Shown: in pieces, positions 1-11,707 of the stretch | Numbering within the stretch: position 1 is the first letter of the stretch | Layout of the letters: each line of letters begins with the position of its first letter | Source of the DNA: Chrysomallon squamiferum | Taxonomy: Eukaryota > Animalia > Mollusca | Assembly: GCA_012295275.1 (NCBI GenBank) | Contig: CM022672.1 | Location: forward strand, 17,980,001 to 18,044,000 | Reading direction: 5' to 3' | DNA length: 64,000 bases | Made by a program: the position numbers and the translations under genes | Notes under the pieces: model-generated | The model's input: the letters and a program-made list of their open reading frames with translations, nothing else | What the model was told of the DNA's origin: nothing | Database searches by the model: none

Positions 1-78
1 AGCACAAGCCTATATAGAATGATTATATGTAAACAAAACTGAAAGGTTCATTCAAACCTCAGCTTTATATTTATACTG

Positions 79-1998
79 TTAGTCCACTTCTTCTACAGTG
101 GGACCTTGACCTCCGCCGTAACCTTGACCACCGCCGTAACCTCCACCGGGCTGACCTGCAGACTGACCTCCGCCGTGCATCTTCATCATGATCGGCCTGC
201 AGACGTTTTCCACTTCTTTCAGCTGATACTCGTACTCTTCTTTGTCGGCCAGCAAGTTGGAGTCCAGCCACTTGAGCGTCTCGTCGCATTTGTGAATCAC
301 CGTGTCCTTGTCGGCCTGCGTGAGCTTGTCCCCCGCCTCGTTCACGGACTGGCGCGCGCTGAAGATGTAGTTCTCCAGCTGGTTTCTCGCCGACACTCTT
401 TCCTTCTGCTTCTCGTCCTCTTCTCGGTACTTCTCCGCGTCGTTGACCATCCTCTCGATTTCTGCCGCACTCAGGCGACCTTTGTCGTTGGTGATGGTGA
501 TCTTGCTCGTCTTCCCCGTGCTCTTGTCCTGAGCCGAGACGCTCATGATGCCGTTGGCGTCGATGTCGAAGGTGACGTCGATCTGAGGAACGCCACGCGG
601 AGCTGGTGGAATGCCGTTCAGTTCGAATCTGCCGAGAAGGTTGTTGTCTTTTGTCATGGCCCTCTCGCCTTCGTACACTTGGATAGTGACCCCAGGTTGA
701 TTGTCGGCGTAGGTGGTGAAGATCTTGGACGTCTTGCATGGAATGCGTGCATTTCTTTCTATGAGTTTCGTCATGACGCCGCCAGCGGTTTCGATTCCAA
801 GTGACAGCGGAGCGACATCAACCAGAAGTACATCTTTGATGGCCTCGCTTTTGTCACCAGTCAGGATAGCTGCTTGCACTGCGGCTCCATAAGCTACAGC
901 TTCATCAGGATTAATGGACTTGTTCAGCTCTTTGCCATTCATGAAATCCTGCAGAAGTTTCTGAATCTTTGGAATCCTCGTAGAACCGCCGACCAGTACA
1001 ATCTCGTCAATTTTGGACTTGTCCAGCTTGGCGTCCTTGATGGCCTTTTCCACTGGCTCCATGGTATTGCGGAACAGATCGGAGCAAAGATCTTCGAATC
1101 GAGCTCGAGTGATCTTCGTGTAGAAGTCAATTCCTTCAAACAGCGAGTCGATTTCGATGCTAGCCTCGGTGCTGCTCGACAAGGTTCTCTTGGCGCGTTC
1201 ACAAGAGCTTCGCAGACGACGGACGGCTCGTTGGTTTCCGGATATGTCCTTCTTGTGTTTCCGCTTGAACTCGTCAATCAGATGATTGACCATTCGATTG
1301 TCGAAATCTTCGCCTCCCAAATGGGTATCCCCGGCAGTCGACCTGACCTCGAACATCGACCCTTCGTCGATGGTTAGAATGGACACATCGAAGGTTCCAC
1401 CGCCGAGGTCGTAGACGAGAACGTTCTTCTCGCCTTTCAGGTTCTTGTCAAGGCCGTAGGCCAACGCCGCGGCCGTCGGCTCGTTGATTATTCGCAAGAC
1501 GTTCAAACTGGCGATGACGCCGGCGTCTTTGGTTGCCTGTCTCTGGGAGTCGTTGAAGTAGGCAGGCACCGTAATGACGACGTCCTTGCACGTTTTCCCA
1601 AGGTACGCTTCTGCCGTCTCCTTCATCTTCGTCAGTACCATGGAGCTGATTTCCTCAGGTGAAAAGATCTTTTTTTCACCTTTATATTCGACCTCGATCA
1701 TCGGCTTGTCGTTTCTGTTGATGATTTTGAACGGCCAGTGCTTCATGTCAGCCTGCACATGCGGGTCGTTGAACTTGCGGCCTATCAGTCGCTTGGCGTC
1801 GAAGACGGTGTTGGCCGGGTTGACAGCTACCTGGTTCTTGGCAGCGTCCCCCAGCAGACGTTCACTGTCGGTGAAGGCGACGTAACTGGGTGTCGTACGG
1901 TTACCTTGGTCATTGGCAATGATTTCCACTTTCCCATGTTGAAAAACGCCGACACAGGAGTACGTCGTTCCTAGATCAATACCGACGGCTTTAGCCAT
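79..1998 (-). CDS. hsp70: Heat shock protein 70, cytosolic, intronless, stress-inducible type (639 aa)
   Basis: Single ORF beginning [14 protein letters not shown] at ATG 1998-1996 (the ORF-track start at 2013 is a non-ATG codon), TAA at 81-79. HSP70 signatures [22 protein letters not shown] and [15 protein letters not shown]; cytosolic C-terminus [25 protein letters not shown] carries the extra Ser seen in invertebrate inducible hsp70s. No GGMP repeats and no introns. Confidence 0.98.
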   Translation of the reverse strand: MAKAVGIDLGTTYSCVGVFQHGKVEIIANDQGNRTTPSYVAFTDSERLLGDAAKNQVAVNPANTVFDAKRLIGRKFNDPHVQADMKHWPFKIINRNDKPMIEVEYKGEKKIFSPEEISSMVLTKMKETAEAYLGKTCKDVVITVPAYFNDSQRQATKDAGVIASLNVLRIINEPTAAALAYGLDKNLKGEKNVLVYDLGGGTFDVSILTIDEGSMFEVRSTAGDTHLGGEDFDNRMVNHLIDEFKRKHKKDISGNQRAVRRLRSSCERAKRTLSSSTEASIEIDSLFEGIDFYTKITRARFEDLCSDLFRNTMEPVEKAIKDAKLDKSKIDEIVLVGGSTRIPKIQKLLQDFMNGKELNKSINPDEAVAYGAAVQAAILTGDKSEAIKDVLLVDVAPLSLGIETAGGVMTKLIERNARIPCKTSKIFTTYADNQPGVTIQVYEGERAMTKDNNLLGRFELNGIPPAPRGVPQIDVTFDIDANGIMSVSAQDKSTGKTSKITITNDKGRLSAAEIERMVNDAEKYREEDEKQKERVSARNQLENYIFSARQSVNEAGDKLTQADKDTVIHKCDETLKWLDSNLLADKEEYEYQLKEVENVCRPIMMKMHGGGQSAGQPGGGYGGGQGYGGGQGPTVEEVD

Positions 1999-2104
1999 GT
2001 TGCAAGTAAACAAATCACAACTGTACGCTTACTCCGTGCTGTAATTAGCAAAAACTGAAAGCCTCTGCTTCTACCTAACCCGCTCTCAACCAGTGCAGAT
2101 AGGA

Positions 2105-2141
2105 CAATGAGACAGTGCACTCCTTCGACGGTGTTTATATA
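2105..2141 (-). promoter_or_regulatory. hsp70 core promoter: TATA box and initiator
   Basis: TATATAAA on the minus strand at 2141-2134. Inr-like TCATTG at 2110-2105, about 30 nt downstream, giving a ~110-nt 5' UTR. Confidence 0.85.
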
Positions 2142-2156
2142 CAACTGGCCGCCTGT

Positions 2157-2290
2157 CTGGAACGTTCGGTAATACATATGCATGATTTTCACTGGAGATT
2201 TTCGCTAATGAATATGCATGACGTTCTCGAGTTTTCACGAACATTCGCTCATACATATGCATCTGTTCTCGAGTTTTCTCGAATGTTCGC
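2157..2290. promoter_or_regulatory. Heat-shock elements (HSF sites) of hsp70
   Basis: GAAcgTTC at 2160-2167. Two five-unit alternating arrays TTCnnGAGnnTTCnnGAAnnTTC at 2224-2246 and 2266-2288, 42 bp apart. Confidence 0.9.
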
Positions 2291-2721
2291 TCAAGGCTTA
2301 TACATAGTATTATTATCTTGTTTACGATTCGCTCATGCATATGCATTTGATACACTCGAGGAGTAGGGGATGTCCTACAATCACGTGAACTTCTGGTTTC
2401 GTCGATACTAAAACGGGATTCTCTCGCCATAAACAAGCTTTCGACCTTCCAGCGTTATTTAGGTCAGGAATATAATGAATGAGAGCGGAGGAAACAAAAT
2501 CATTTACTGCCGTGGTTTGACTTAGCGCGGCGAAATGAAAATCTGTATTTAGACTTGTCAACTTTGTTTCATTTCGCTTAGAACAATTACTTTAAAAGAA
2601 AACGAGAGTTCAAACCACGGTGAATCAAAAAGATATGAAAAGGGGGCCCAGTCTTAAATAAGTAATCATTATGCAGAAAATAAATCTGGTTGCATACACT
2701 AATTTAAATCTTAATATATAC

Positions 2722-2822
<101 letters not shown>

Positions 2823-3351
2823 GTTTACATTATCGAAAACAAACACCCTAACGACATATCTAGAAAAGTATGTCGTCTGGTATAATCTTGGCTGTTTGCC
2901 AGCCATAAAATTAATAACATGTCAGTTGCATAACGCATATCATTCAATATAAGACTTGCTAAAACGTGCGCAAAATATTTTTTTATTTTTTTATTTTTTT
3001 ATTTGTTTTATTTTTTTTTTTTTTTTCCGAAAATTTATATATTTTATTGTGTTTAAAACTATGCAATAGTAACTAACTGCAATAGTAAGTAAACATAGTA
3101 TTGGAAGTGTAACAGTAACAGTGACAATACTGTAACATTTAGTAGTTAGGATAGCTGTAGTGATAGCAGTTGCAGTAATATTGTAATGGTGGTGATAGTC
3201 GTGGTGGTAGTAGCGTAGTTGTAATGGTAGTTGTAGTGGAAAACAAGCAGCATGATTATTATAACTGATTTCAGTAAGCAGTTTAGTTTAAATATATTTA
3301 AAATAGTCAGCTGTCAACAACGCAGTTAAACATAAATAAGCTGGGAGAGGG

Positions 3352-3389
<38 letters not shown>

Positions 3390-3685
3390 AATAAATAAAT
3401 AAATAAATACAAATACAAATTTAAAAAAAATTAAGAAGAAGAAAAAAAAAAAAAAAAAAAAAAAAGATTCCAGCGGGAATTGTTATTGTTTTTGTTATTA
3501 TTATTGATCTGTTGTTGTTATAATTATCACCACTGATTTATATACACACGCACGCACACACATACATTTATTCATAAAAAAAAAAAAAAAAATACGTGCA
3601 TAGATACATACATAATAGTAATTTACATACATCTCAAACTGCTATCACTTTCCGGTACAGCTGATATTACCAGCAACACCATTAC

Positions 3686-4232
3686 TCTCAACAACAACAA
3701 CAGTTACCATTACTACTACAACAACAACAACAACAACAACTACTACTACTACTACTGCCTCTACCACCACGTCTACTACTATCACCAAACCATTACTGTC
3801 ACTTTTACAACGACTGTAACAACACCATCAATACTACTATCACCACCACAACACCAGCAACGACAATAACAACAACAACAACAACAACTACTACTACTAC
3901 TAAATTCTTATTATTCCATTTGTAACAGATAATACTAAAAAAAAACGTGTGGCCACTGAACGATGTTGTTAACAGACGCCACTGAATCAACATACGACTG
4001 CTCCTGTGCACATATCACGGTTAGTATCACTGCATGCTTAGATAAGTTTATTTCTGGCTCGTATTACTGAAAGTAATTCAAGTATAGCGACGAGAAAAGA
4101 AAAAAAAAAAAAATGTACATGTTTGCGTATTTAATGACGCCTGGTATGCCACTGTGTGCATACAGACATAATCAGTGAGGCTGCTAGTTATATATTCAAA
4201 CACTCACTCAGAATTTTTATCAGTAACAACTG

Positions 4233-4274
<42 letters not shown>

Positions 4275-4640
4275 TATAGTAATAAAAACAACAATAATAA
4301 TAAAAATAATAATAATACTAAATAATAATAATAAAAGTAATAATAATAATAATAAATATATTAATAATAATCATGATAACAATAAGAAGAAGAACAACAA
4401 GAATAACAACATAATAATAATAATAATAAGAAGAAGAAGAAAAAAAGAATAATAATAACTACAACAACAATAACAACAGCAACGAATTATGAAAAAGAAC
4501 AACAACAACAACAACAGCAACGACATTATGAAAAATAACAATAACAATAACTACAACACTACTACTGCTTCTGCAACTACTATAACTACTAATGCTACAG
4601 CTGCTGCTACTCCTACTTCTACTACTACTAATAGTAATAA
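3686..4640. repeat. Trinucleotide low-complexity tracts (CAA/CTA/AAT/AAG)
   Basis: Runs of aac, tac, aat and aag at ~3690-3900 and ~4235-4640. They explain the poly-I/N/V/S ORFs in the track. Confidence 0.9.
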
Positions 4641-5479
4641 TAAGACACTTGTCAGTTAAAAAAGGAATACGAGAATATTGTCTGTCAAGTACGGAGTTTG
4701 GTTTAATGAACAGAATTAAAAATTCACTACCTGACTCTGACAACAAATCAATAGTTCTGGAGAATAAAAAAAAAAAAAATGCAACAAACAATCAATATAT
4801 CGATAAATCCATTGGCATGGAAATGCTCATAAATATTAAACAATTAAATGTGAGTTCTTGCTATCTATAAACAGATACGTATTCGTATTAGAAGTTCGAT
4901 CATTCCAAAACATTTTCGTATTTCTTATAAACATAAACATAATCCATATGTAAATATTATAGACAGACGCTGAGAGACACGAATACACACACTTACATAC
5001 ATCTGTAGAGATAAAAAAAATAAATAAACATGTATATGGTGTATTATTTTAGGTAAAGACAGTTTTATGCTGTATGCAACAATAATCAGGAGTTTGATGA
5101 AAACCAGACACGAAGCATGCCATGTTTACGTAATTAATAGTTTATGGCGTCAGTGAAAAGGCTTTGAAATGATAATCAAATGAAATATATGGCGCCAACA
5201 GCTCTTGTGAAACAGAAATAGTATTATTACATAAAAACTGTGTGTGTGTGTGTGTTTCTGTACACCGTCTAGATCATTCTTTTAAATGCATATTCAAGGG
5301 AGAAGGTATCGCTTTAATTTTGCTATAATAATGTGTTATATATCGACATGTATAATAGTGTCCATAACTCGTTCAGTAACGTTTTGTGAGGAAGGACTAA
5401 ATGATGAAATATTTTTTTAAAAGAATTATTATCAAATTTTAGTTTTAATTTTTAATCTGTATTATGCTGGGCAATATGA

Positions 5480-5630
5480 TACAAAATACTGAGAGAGGAA
5501 ACTCACAGCTGCTGCGCGATGTTACTCTATTTCATTTAGCAGCAAGAAATATTTTAGGCATGTATTTCAGGGTTTGATACGTCTTTCGTTTTACCCAGGC
5601 CACTATTACTTTAATGCTGTGGAGCGTTTT
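5480..5630 (-). mobile_element. Degenerate SINE fragment (Deu/Nin-domain-like)
   Basis: gagaggaaactcacagctgctgcgcgatgttactctatttcatttagcagcaagaaatatttt resembles 53780-53840 and, from memory, the reverse complement of the Deu/Nin core (ATAAAAGATCCCTTGCTGCTAATCGAAAAGAGTAGCCCAT). Confidence 0.5.
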
Positions 5631-5853
5631 CGCTATCATTTACAAATTTTGACATTAATTAGATTCAACGTCTCGCCAAAATGGTAATTGTTGCTGTCAG
5701 CATGTAATAACATTTCTCCATTACTCCCCCACGCCCCCGAAATTATCGAAATAACAATCGCAACCTTTTTATTTTTAAACATTTTAAAACAGTTTTTTTT
5801 TGTTGTATTAATCCTTCCTGATATGTAAATAATAAATAAAATACTGTATTTAA

Positions 5854-5900
<47 letters not shown>

Positions 5901-6283
5901 ATAATAATAATAATAATCATAAAAACGATAATGATGATGACTAAATAAATAAATAATATTAATCTTAAACTGTCATACTTGTATTTATATATAATTTGTT
6001 TCAATAATAATAAAACAAATTATAATGCTATAATTATATAATATTATTAATTATTGTTATTTCTCCCTTTTCGTCATTATCAACATCAACAGTAACAATA
6101 ATAACTGAAGGATTTGTAAGACTTCCACTTTTATAAAGAGGAATGCGAATATTTTAAGAGCTAAATTATTAATATTTTCTCTCTTTCCCATTAAAATTCA
6201 ATATGGAGTCATCGAATTTTTTTTTTTTTTTTTTTTTTTTAAGTATATAACATTCTAAAATATACGTTTTCAGTCTTTCCTAC

Positions 6284-6911
6284 CTTAGTATATGCATCAC
6301 TGCACAAACATTTTCACTTGGTGTCCATGGAATCTTATAATAAAATACATAAGGCATTTTATAAGAAAAATCAGTTGTTGGTGATATCACTCTGTTGTAT
6401 AACTGCTGATTATTGTTCACGAATCTGTCGTCATGTCCAGCACGTGAAATGTGGAGACTGAAATAACAGGTTTTATTTAAACTTTCGACACGGTACACTA
6501 ATGAAAAGACACAGGGTTCAGTTTCCTGAAAAACTGTGACATAGTCTACTATGTTGTATAATTTGTTATGGAACTGTATATATTACGCCTGTAATGGATT
6601 AAACTGCAGAAAGGATTCAAAAGTTGTGGATTTCCTGAAAATACTTATGGGGTTTCGTGAATTTTATATCAGCTCTTTCTCTTACCTTGTTTTGAACAGT
6701 GTCGGTTAAAACACTGATTGATTTAAATATAAGGACTTTAACGCATCGTTTTTCAAGTCTTCATTGCGGAGTGTGGAGGCAGTACTGTTGGCCCATGTCA
6801 GCCGTGCTTGATGAAGTGATGCACGGTAATAACCCACGTACTTGACTGCATGTCCTGTTGTTAACAACTTTGTTTTGTTACGTTCTTCGTACCTGAAACC
6901 TTCATTGCACC
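6284..6911 (-). pseudogene. Two putative spliced exons (6911-6686 and 6457-6284) of an unknown gene or pseudogene, with one in-frame TAA
   Basis: Polypyrimidine+CAG acceptors at 6914-6912 and 6460-6458; donors AAG|GTAAGA (6686/6685) and AAG|GTAGGA (6284/6283). Splicing joins the longest frame of each exon in phase. TAA at 6708-6706. Confidence 0.4.
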
Positions 6912-7348
6912 CTGGCGAAAAGGAAGAAGGAAACGGAATAATAGCGACGTTAAAAAGAAGCAAGAGTTTGTTAGTTTACAAAACAAGTTTAATAATAATA
7001 ATAATAATAATAATTGATAGTCTTGGAAGTGAATGTTTACTTAAATTTCTTATTCAGATAAACTTTTGATTAATAAAACACATTTAAAAAATGAGTAAGT
7101 AAGTAAGTAAGTAAATACTAAAATAAAATTAAATAAATATATCATAATATATTCATACAAAATCCGTAATAACAGTAAAATAAAATGACAAATATTTGGA
7201 GTGGTATTACATTATGTCGATTTTAAATATATATATATATATATATTTAAGCTCACTTTTATAAATATGACATTGGACTACTGCAATAAAACAGTTAAAA
7301 TTACATTTCAATTATTTAAAGTTTTACATGTTCGAAAATGTTAGTGCC

Positions 7349-7381
<33 letters not shown>

Positions 7382-8560
7382 CCCATCGTATAATTTAAAA
7401 TAATTAAAAAATAGATTAACTTTACGAGTAGGTCACTGGCTTAGGACAGGTATATTACTGGCTATTTTGGGGAGATTGCATATATATATATAAGAAGAAA
7501 AAAAAAATGATACGTGAATGTTTATTAGTGCAATCATTATTAATTCCATGATTCACTGAGGAAAAAATCACATATGTTTGTCGTATGACTTTTTGCACAC
7601 GTATTATTTGTGTCAACTGGTGAAGAGTTTACTTGTCAGCCAATAATTATTTTCCTAACATACCACCATATGTACGTAACACAAAATAAACGTATATGTA
7701 AAGTAATTGTGCCAGTATCATCATGTATTATATAAGCACTGAACTGTACTATTCCTCGAAACCAATCTTTCCTAATAATAAAATATGGCAGTAATATAAC
7801 ATAATCGTAAATATGTCTTGGTTCCTTTTTGGTTCAGAAGAAACATAATAATATTGCCATCAAATATTTTATATGCAGACTTCTATGTGCGTACAATAAA
7901 ATGTTATATAAAAAAAAAAAAAAAAACCTCTAAAAAAAGAAGGTTTAAAGTAAAACTGAAACAGCAATTTTGTCAATGTTTACTCATATGACAGGAAATC
8001 TAAATAGAGTCCCTTGAACTATAAATGTAATTATTTCTGAAAACAATTCTGACATAATTTACTAAATAAACTGAAGTATATAACAATACATCGATTTTAA
8101 TTTTAGCAACATGTGCTCGAATATACCAAGGGGAAATACTCTAATAAGATCTTAAATTAGCCTGAGTAATCTCCCTACTAACATTCACTAATTTTGAAAA
8201 ACCATTTCAGCTTCTTTCTTTCTTCGTTTTTATTTATTATTATTTTTTAATCGTTAAATAAAATTTATATCTACTTCAGTCATCCAAATAATTAAATATT
8301 TACACGGAGATTTTTCTTTCTTAAATTATTAAAATTTAAAAAATGATATTCGTCTCTTTGTTAGGTTAAACCAATAATAAAATAATATCCTGTTTATCAA
8401 ATTGTCGGTATCGATGTAATTAAACATTTTGCTCATGTACAAATATCAAAATAATTATGAGTAATATGTTGTTTAATAATTCTGAACATCTGTTTTTATT
8501 GCAATATATGCATATAGGCCTATAGTTTGTTTACATAAATTTTATATCAGATGAAAATGC

Positions 8561-8594
<34 letters not shown>

Positions 8595-8904
8595 TAATGT
8601 ATACTTGGTTGTTTTTTAGGTTGGTTTTTTGTTTTTATTTTATTTATTTATTTATTTTTGTTTGTTGTTGTTGGTTTTGTTTGGTTTTTCCAACATATTT
8701 TACACAAATATATTTTATGTCGTTGATAAATAAACTTAACAAATATTTTTTCACCATGACGGCAACAAGAAGTGCAACAACATATTTTAAAAATACCAGA
8801 ACGCATGTTGAAATGAATTCGATTATTTAGTCAAAAATTTAATCGAATGAAACATCTAATATTAATTCAATACTGTTTAAAAATAACCACTACTAACATT
8901 ATTT

Positions 8905-8923
8905 TATATATATATATATATAT

Positions 8924-8999
<76 letters not shown>

Positions 9000-9013
9000 A
9001 TACACATACATAC

Positions 9014-9044
<31 letters not shown>

Positions 9045-9102
9045 CATATACATACACATATATATACATATACATATACATATATCTACATATACATATA
9101 CA

Positions 9103-9142
<40 letters not shown>
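8905..9142. repeat. (TA)n/(CA)n compound microsatellite
   Basis: Direct reading. Confidence 0.95.
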
Positions 9143-9147
<5 letters not shown>

Positions 9148-9439
9148 CTATCCAGTTATAATTATATTACATAATCGGTGTAACCAAGAGGTCAAAAATT
9201 CATACACGTTAGCTATTTTGATGAAACTAGTTCCTGTTACCATATCATCCGCATTGAAGCAGACGGTTTATTCCTACGCGTTTTAAAAATGAAAAATACA
9301 AATTTAGTTTTACAAATGGAAATTAGTGATTTTTAAGATATATATATCCTATAATTCAATGAACCTGTCCAAACAAATGTTAAACATTTTGTAATTTCAC
9401 ACACAAAAATTGAGAAATGTAATTGTTATCGGACTAGGT

Positions 9440-9744
9440 TGTGTGGCGTTGTAACTTCCGAGAAACGGGCACCTTCATTCCAAAGGTCAGCTGAGTTTGC
9501 CTCAGCTTCGTACTTAGTATTTTCGTTTTGTAGATTTTGTCGTAAATTTCGATTTGATTGTTAATTAGAGTCATTTTTCAAAATATTAATATGTCCAAGA
9601 TGATTTGGAAAATGGTATAACACGGTAAAATGGAACAGGACTTGAGTAACAAACATTAACGGGCTGTTCACCATGGCTGGAATTTTGACAGCGGAGTTGC
9701 GTCAACTGTCAGAACAGACAAAATCATTTTCTTGGACACTAAAG
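9440..9744 (+). promoter_or_regulatory. Probable promoter and non-coding first exon of the KIAA0232-like gene
   Basis: Local CpG-containing patch with ETS-like ACTTCCG (9454-9460) at the left edge of a CpG-poor domain; donor AAAG|GTAAAT at 9744/9745; second ETS-like TTCCGGAAGT at ~9932-9941. The TSS position is inferred. Confidence 0.55.
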
Positions 9745-11413
9745 GTAAATGATTTTTAATTCTTTCTTTTATTAACCTTTTTTTTGTTGTTGTATTAGCT
9801 TAAAGTATTCTTAGTAAAATATGCTTATTTGTACAAAGTATTTGTTAGCATTAGTAGGGGGGAAAATGTATAACAAATATTTGGGCGTGGATGTGCTACA
9901 TGTTTTAAAATAGGTATTTTCTCCCTAGGATTTCCGGAAGTAGGTCAAAACTGAAAAGCCCTAAGTTTATGACAGATTAAATAATATTTTAAAATATTTT
10001 TTTGTCTTTTATAAATATTTTCTTGCCTTAGAAAAAATTGACTCAAAATTTTAATAACTGTACAGGAATTTGTACATTTGATCTGATTCAGTTATAATTA
10101 GTTCAAATTGTAAAAAACAGTTAACTTAACATGATTGAATTGTAACAATAAATAGAGAACAGTAAAGAAAAATGTCCTAAGACTTAATGCTGAAAGAAAA
10201 CTAAAAACATCAGATATAATAAAATAGAATTAAATTCCATGAGTTAATGTTCTTGCTTGCTGTATGATGTATCATTTTTATAAATACAACAATATTAAAT
10301 GTATAAAAGCCTTAAATTTGTGATCATAGATCTAGTTCTCAATTTTATATAAACATCATTATTATTTTTACTACATTATCTTTTCAAAAATTGTTTTTAC
10401 AACGGCTCATTGCCGTTAGGAATCATGAATAAGTTAGTTAGTTGAAAATGTCATGTAAACAGTTGAATAATGTATCCCCATGTATTGATTTAAAAGTGTA
10501 TTTAAAAACAAATAAAATAGTTTCTATTATATTAAACTTAATTTAAATTAATTAATGAACTTTCCTAAGAATCTTTTTTTATTGGAACTGAGTAATTGTT
10601 AAATGGTTAACAGAAATGGTAAATAAACTTGAATAATTCATGTTGGATTTTAAATAGAACTGGTTTCCTTGCAGCAGCCAACCACAGGTTAAATATTTAG
10701 TAATTTGAAATTCTCACTTACTTTCCAAAATATATTTATAGCCTCTAAAGTGATAGTTAAAATTTCCTGCCCGTCTATTGATATTGGTACTCAATTTCAT
10801 TATTTTAAATAATTCTGTGTTAAATAAAACAATGGGTTGTTATTTACAATGAATTTGAATTAACACAAATGATAAATGTTTACATTTTCTTATAGAAACA
10901 GTATATGAATTACAGCAGCCAAAAAATGTAAGAGCACTTAGATGGTTAAAAGAGTGTACTTATTAACAGCCAAACTAATTATCTGAAATAAAAATTCATA
11001 TTCTGCTTAAAATACCATGCAAAATACTAATATTGAATGAAACTTAAGTTAAAGTCAGGATGTTATTATATTGTTTCTTTTTTTAGATGACTTAAATTTT
11101 TTTATAGTTCTTGTAATTTTGATTTCTCTGGAAACAGTTGGATTTATAATATTTTTTCAGTACTTTTCTTAACTGTTTTTCAGGTTTATGTATTATCCTC
11201 TTCTAGCCACCCGATGAAGTGGATGTTAGGAAACAGCATGGTATGGCTTCCTAAATTATTTTAAATGTCTTGCTCAAGCAAGTTACACCAGCAAGGTGGT
11301 ACCAAGATGCTAAAAGCTGTTAAATTACAGCTGGCAGTGGACAGCATTGCAGTTGGACTTGAGACCCTGTGGAACACGGTACACTGGGCTTAATGAGGTT
11401 TCCGGAAGGCAGA

Positions 11414-11707
11414 ATGTCTCTGGAGGCTGCATTGCCTTGGTCGGACTCTGTCCACTCCTGGCTAGGCCATCAGCTAGAGCTTCGTGGTATCGACTCCATT
11501 ATTTATACTCGCTATGTCATCACTCTGCTGCAGCAAGATGTCTCAGAACTAGAACATTCTGAAAGAGAAGATTTATGGGAGAGACGAGTTGAAGCAAAAC
11601 GAAACCGAGACAAGAAAGAAGGGAAAAAGAAGAGTTCTTCTGTTATCACTGAAGAAGATAAACGGAAAACTGCTGCAGTAGAATGTTTATTATCTGTGTC
11701 TGATGAA
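11414..11707 (+). CDS. KIAA0232: KIAA0232-like coding exon 1 (exon begins at 11184)
   Basis: Acceptor tttttcag at 11183; in-frame TGA upstream at 11360; MSLEAALP...LSVSDE; donor GAA|GTAAGT. Confidence 0.9.

Noticed and set aside
106-1885. Long antisense and alternative-frame ORFs overlapping hsp70 (106-804, 874-1377, 1574-1885, 71-739)
   Set aside because: Antisense ORFs are a well-known by-product of hsp70 codon bias. These are fragmented, resemble no known domain and have no promoter evidence.
5636-5818. Possible third minus-strand exon following the 6284-6911 unit
   Set aside because: It has an acceptor-like atatcag, but its open frame is phase 1 while the incoming donor is phase 2, which gives an immediate stop.
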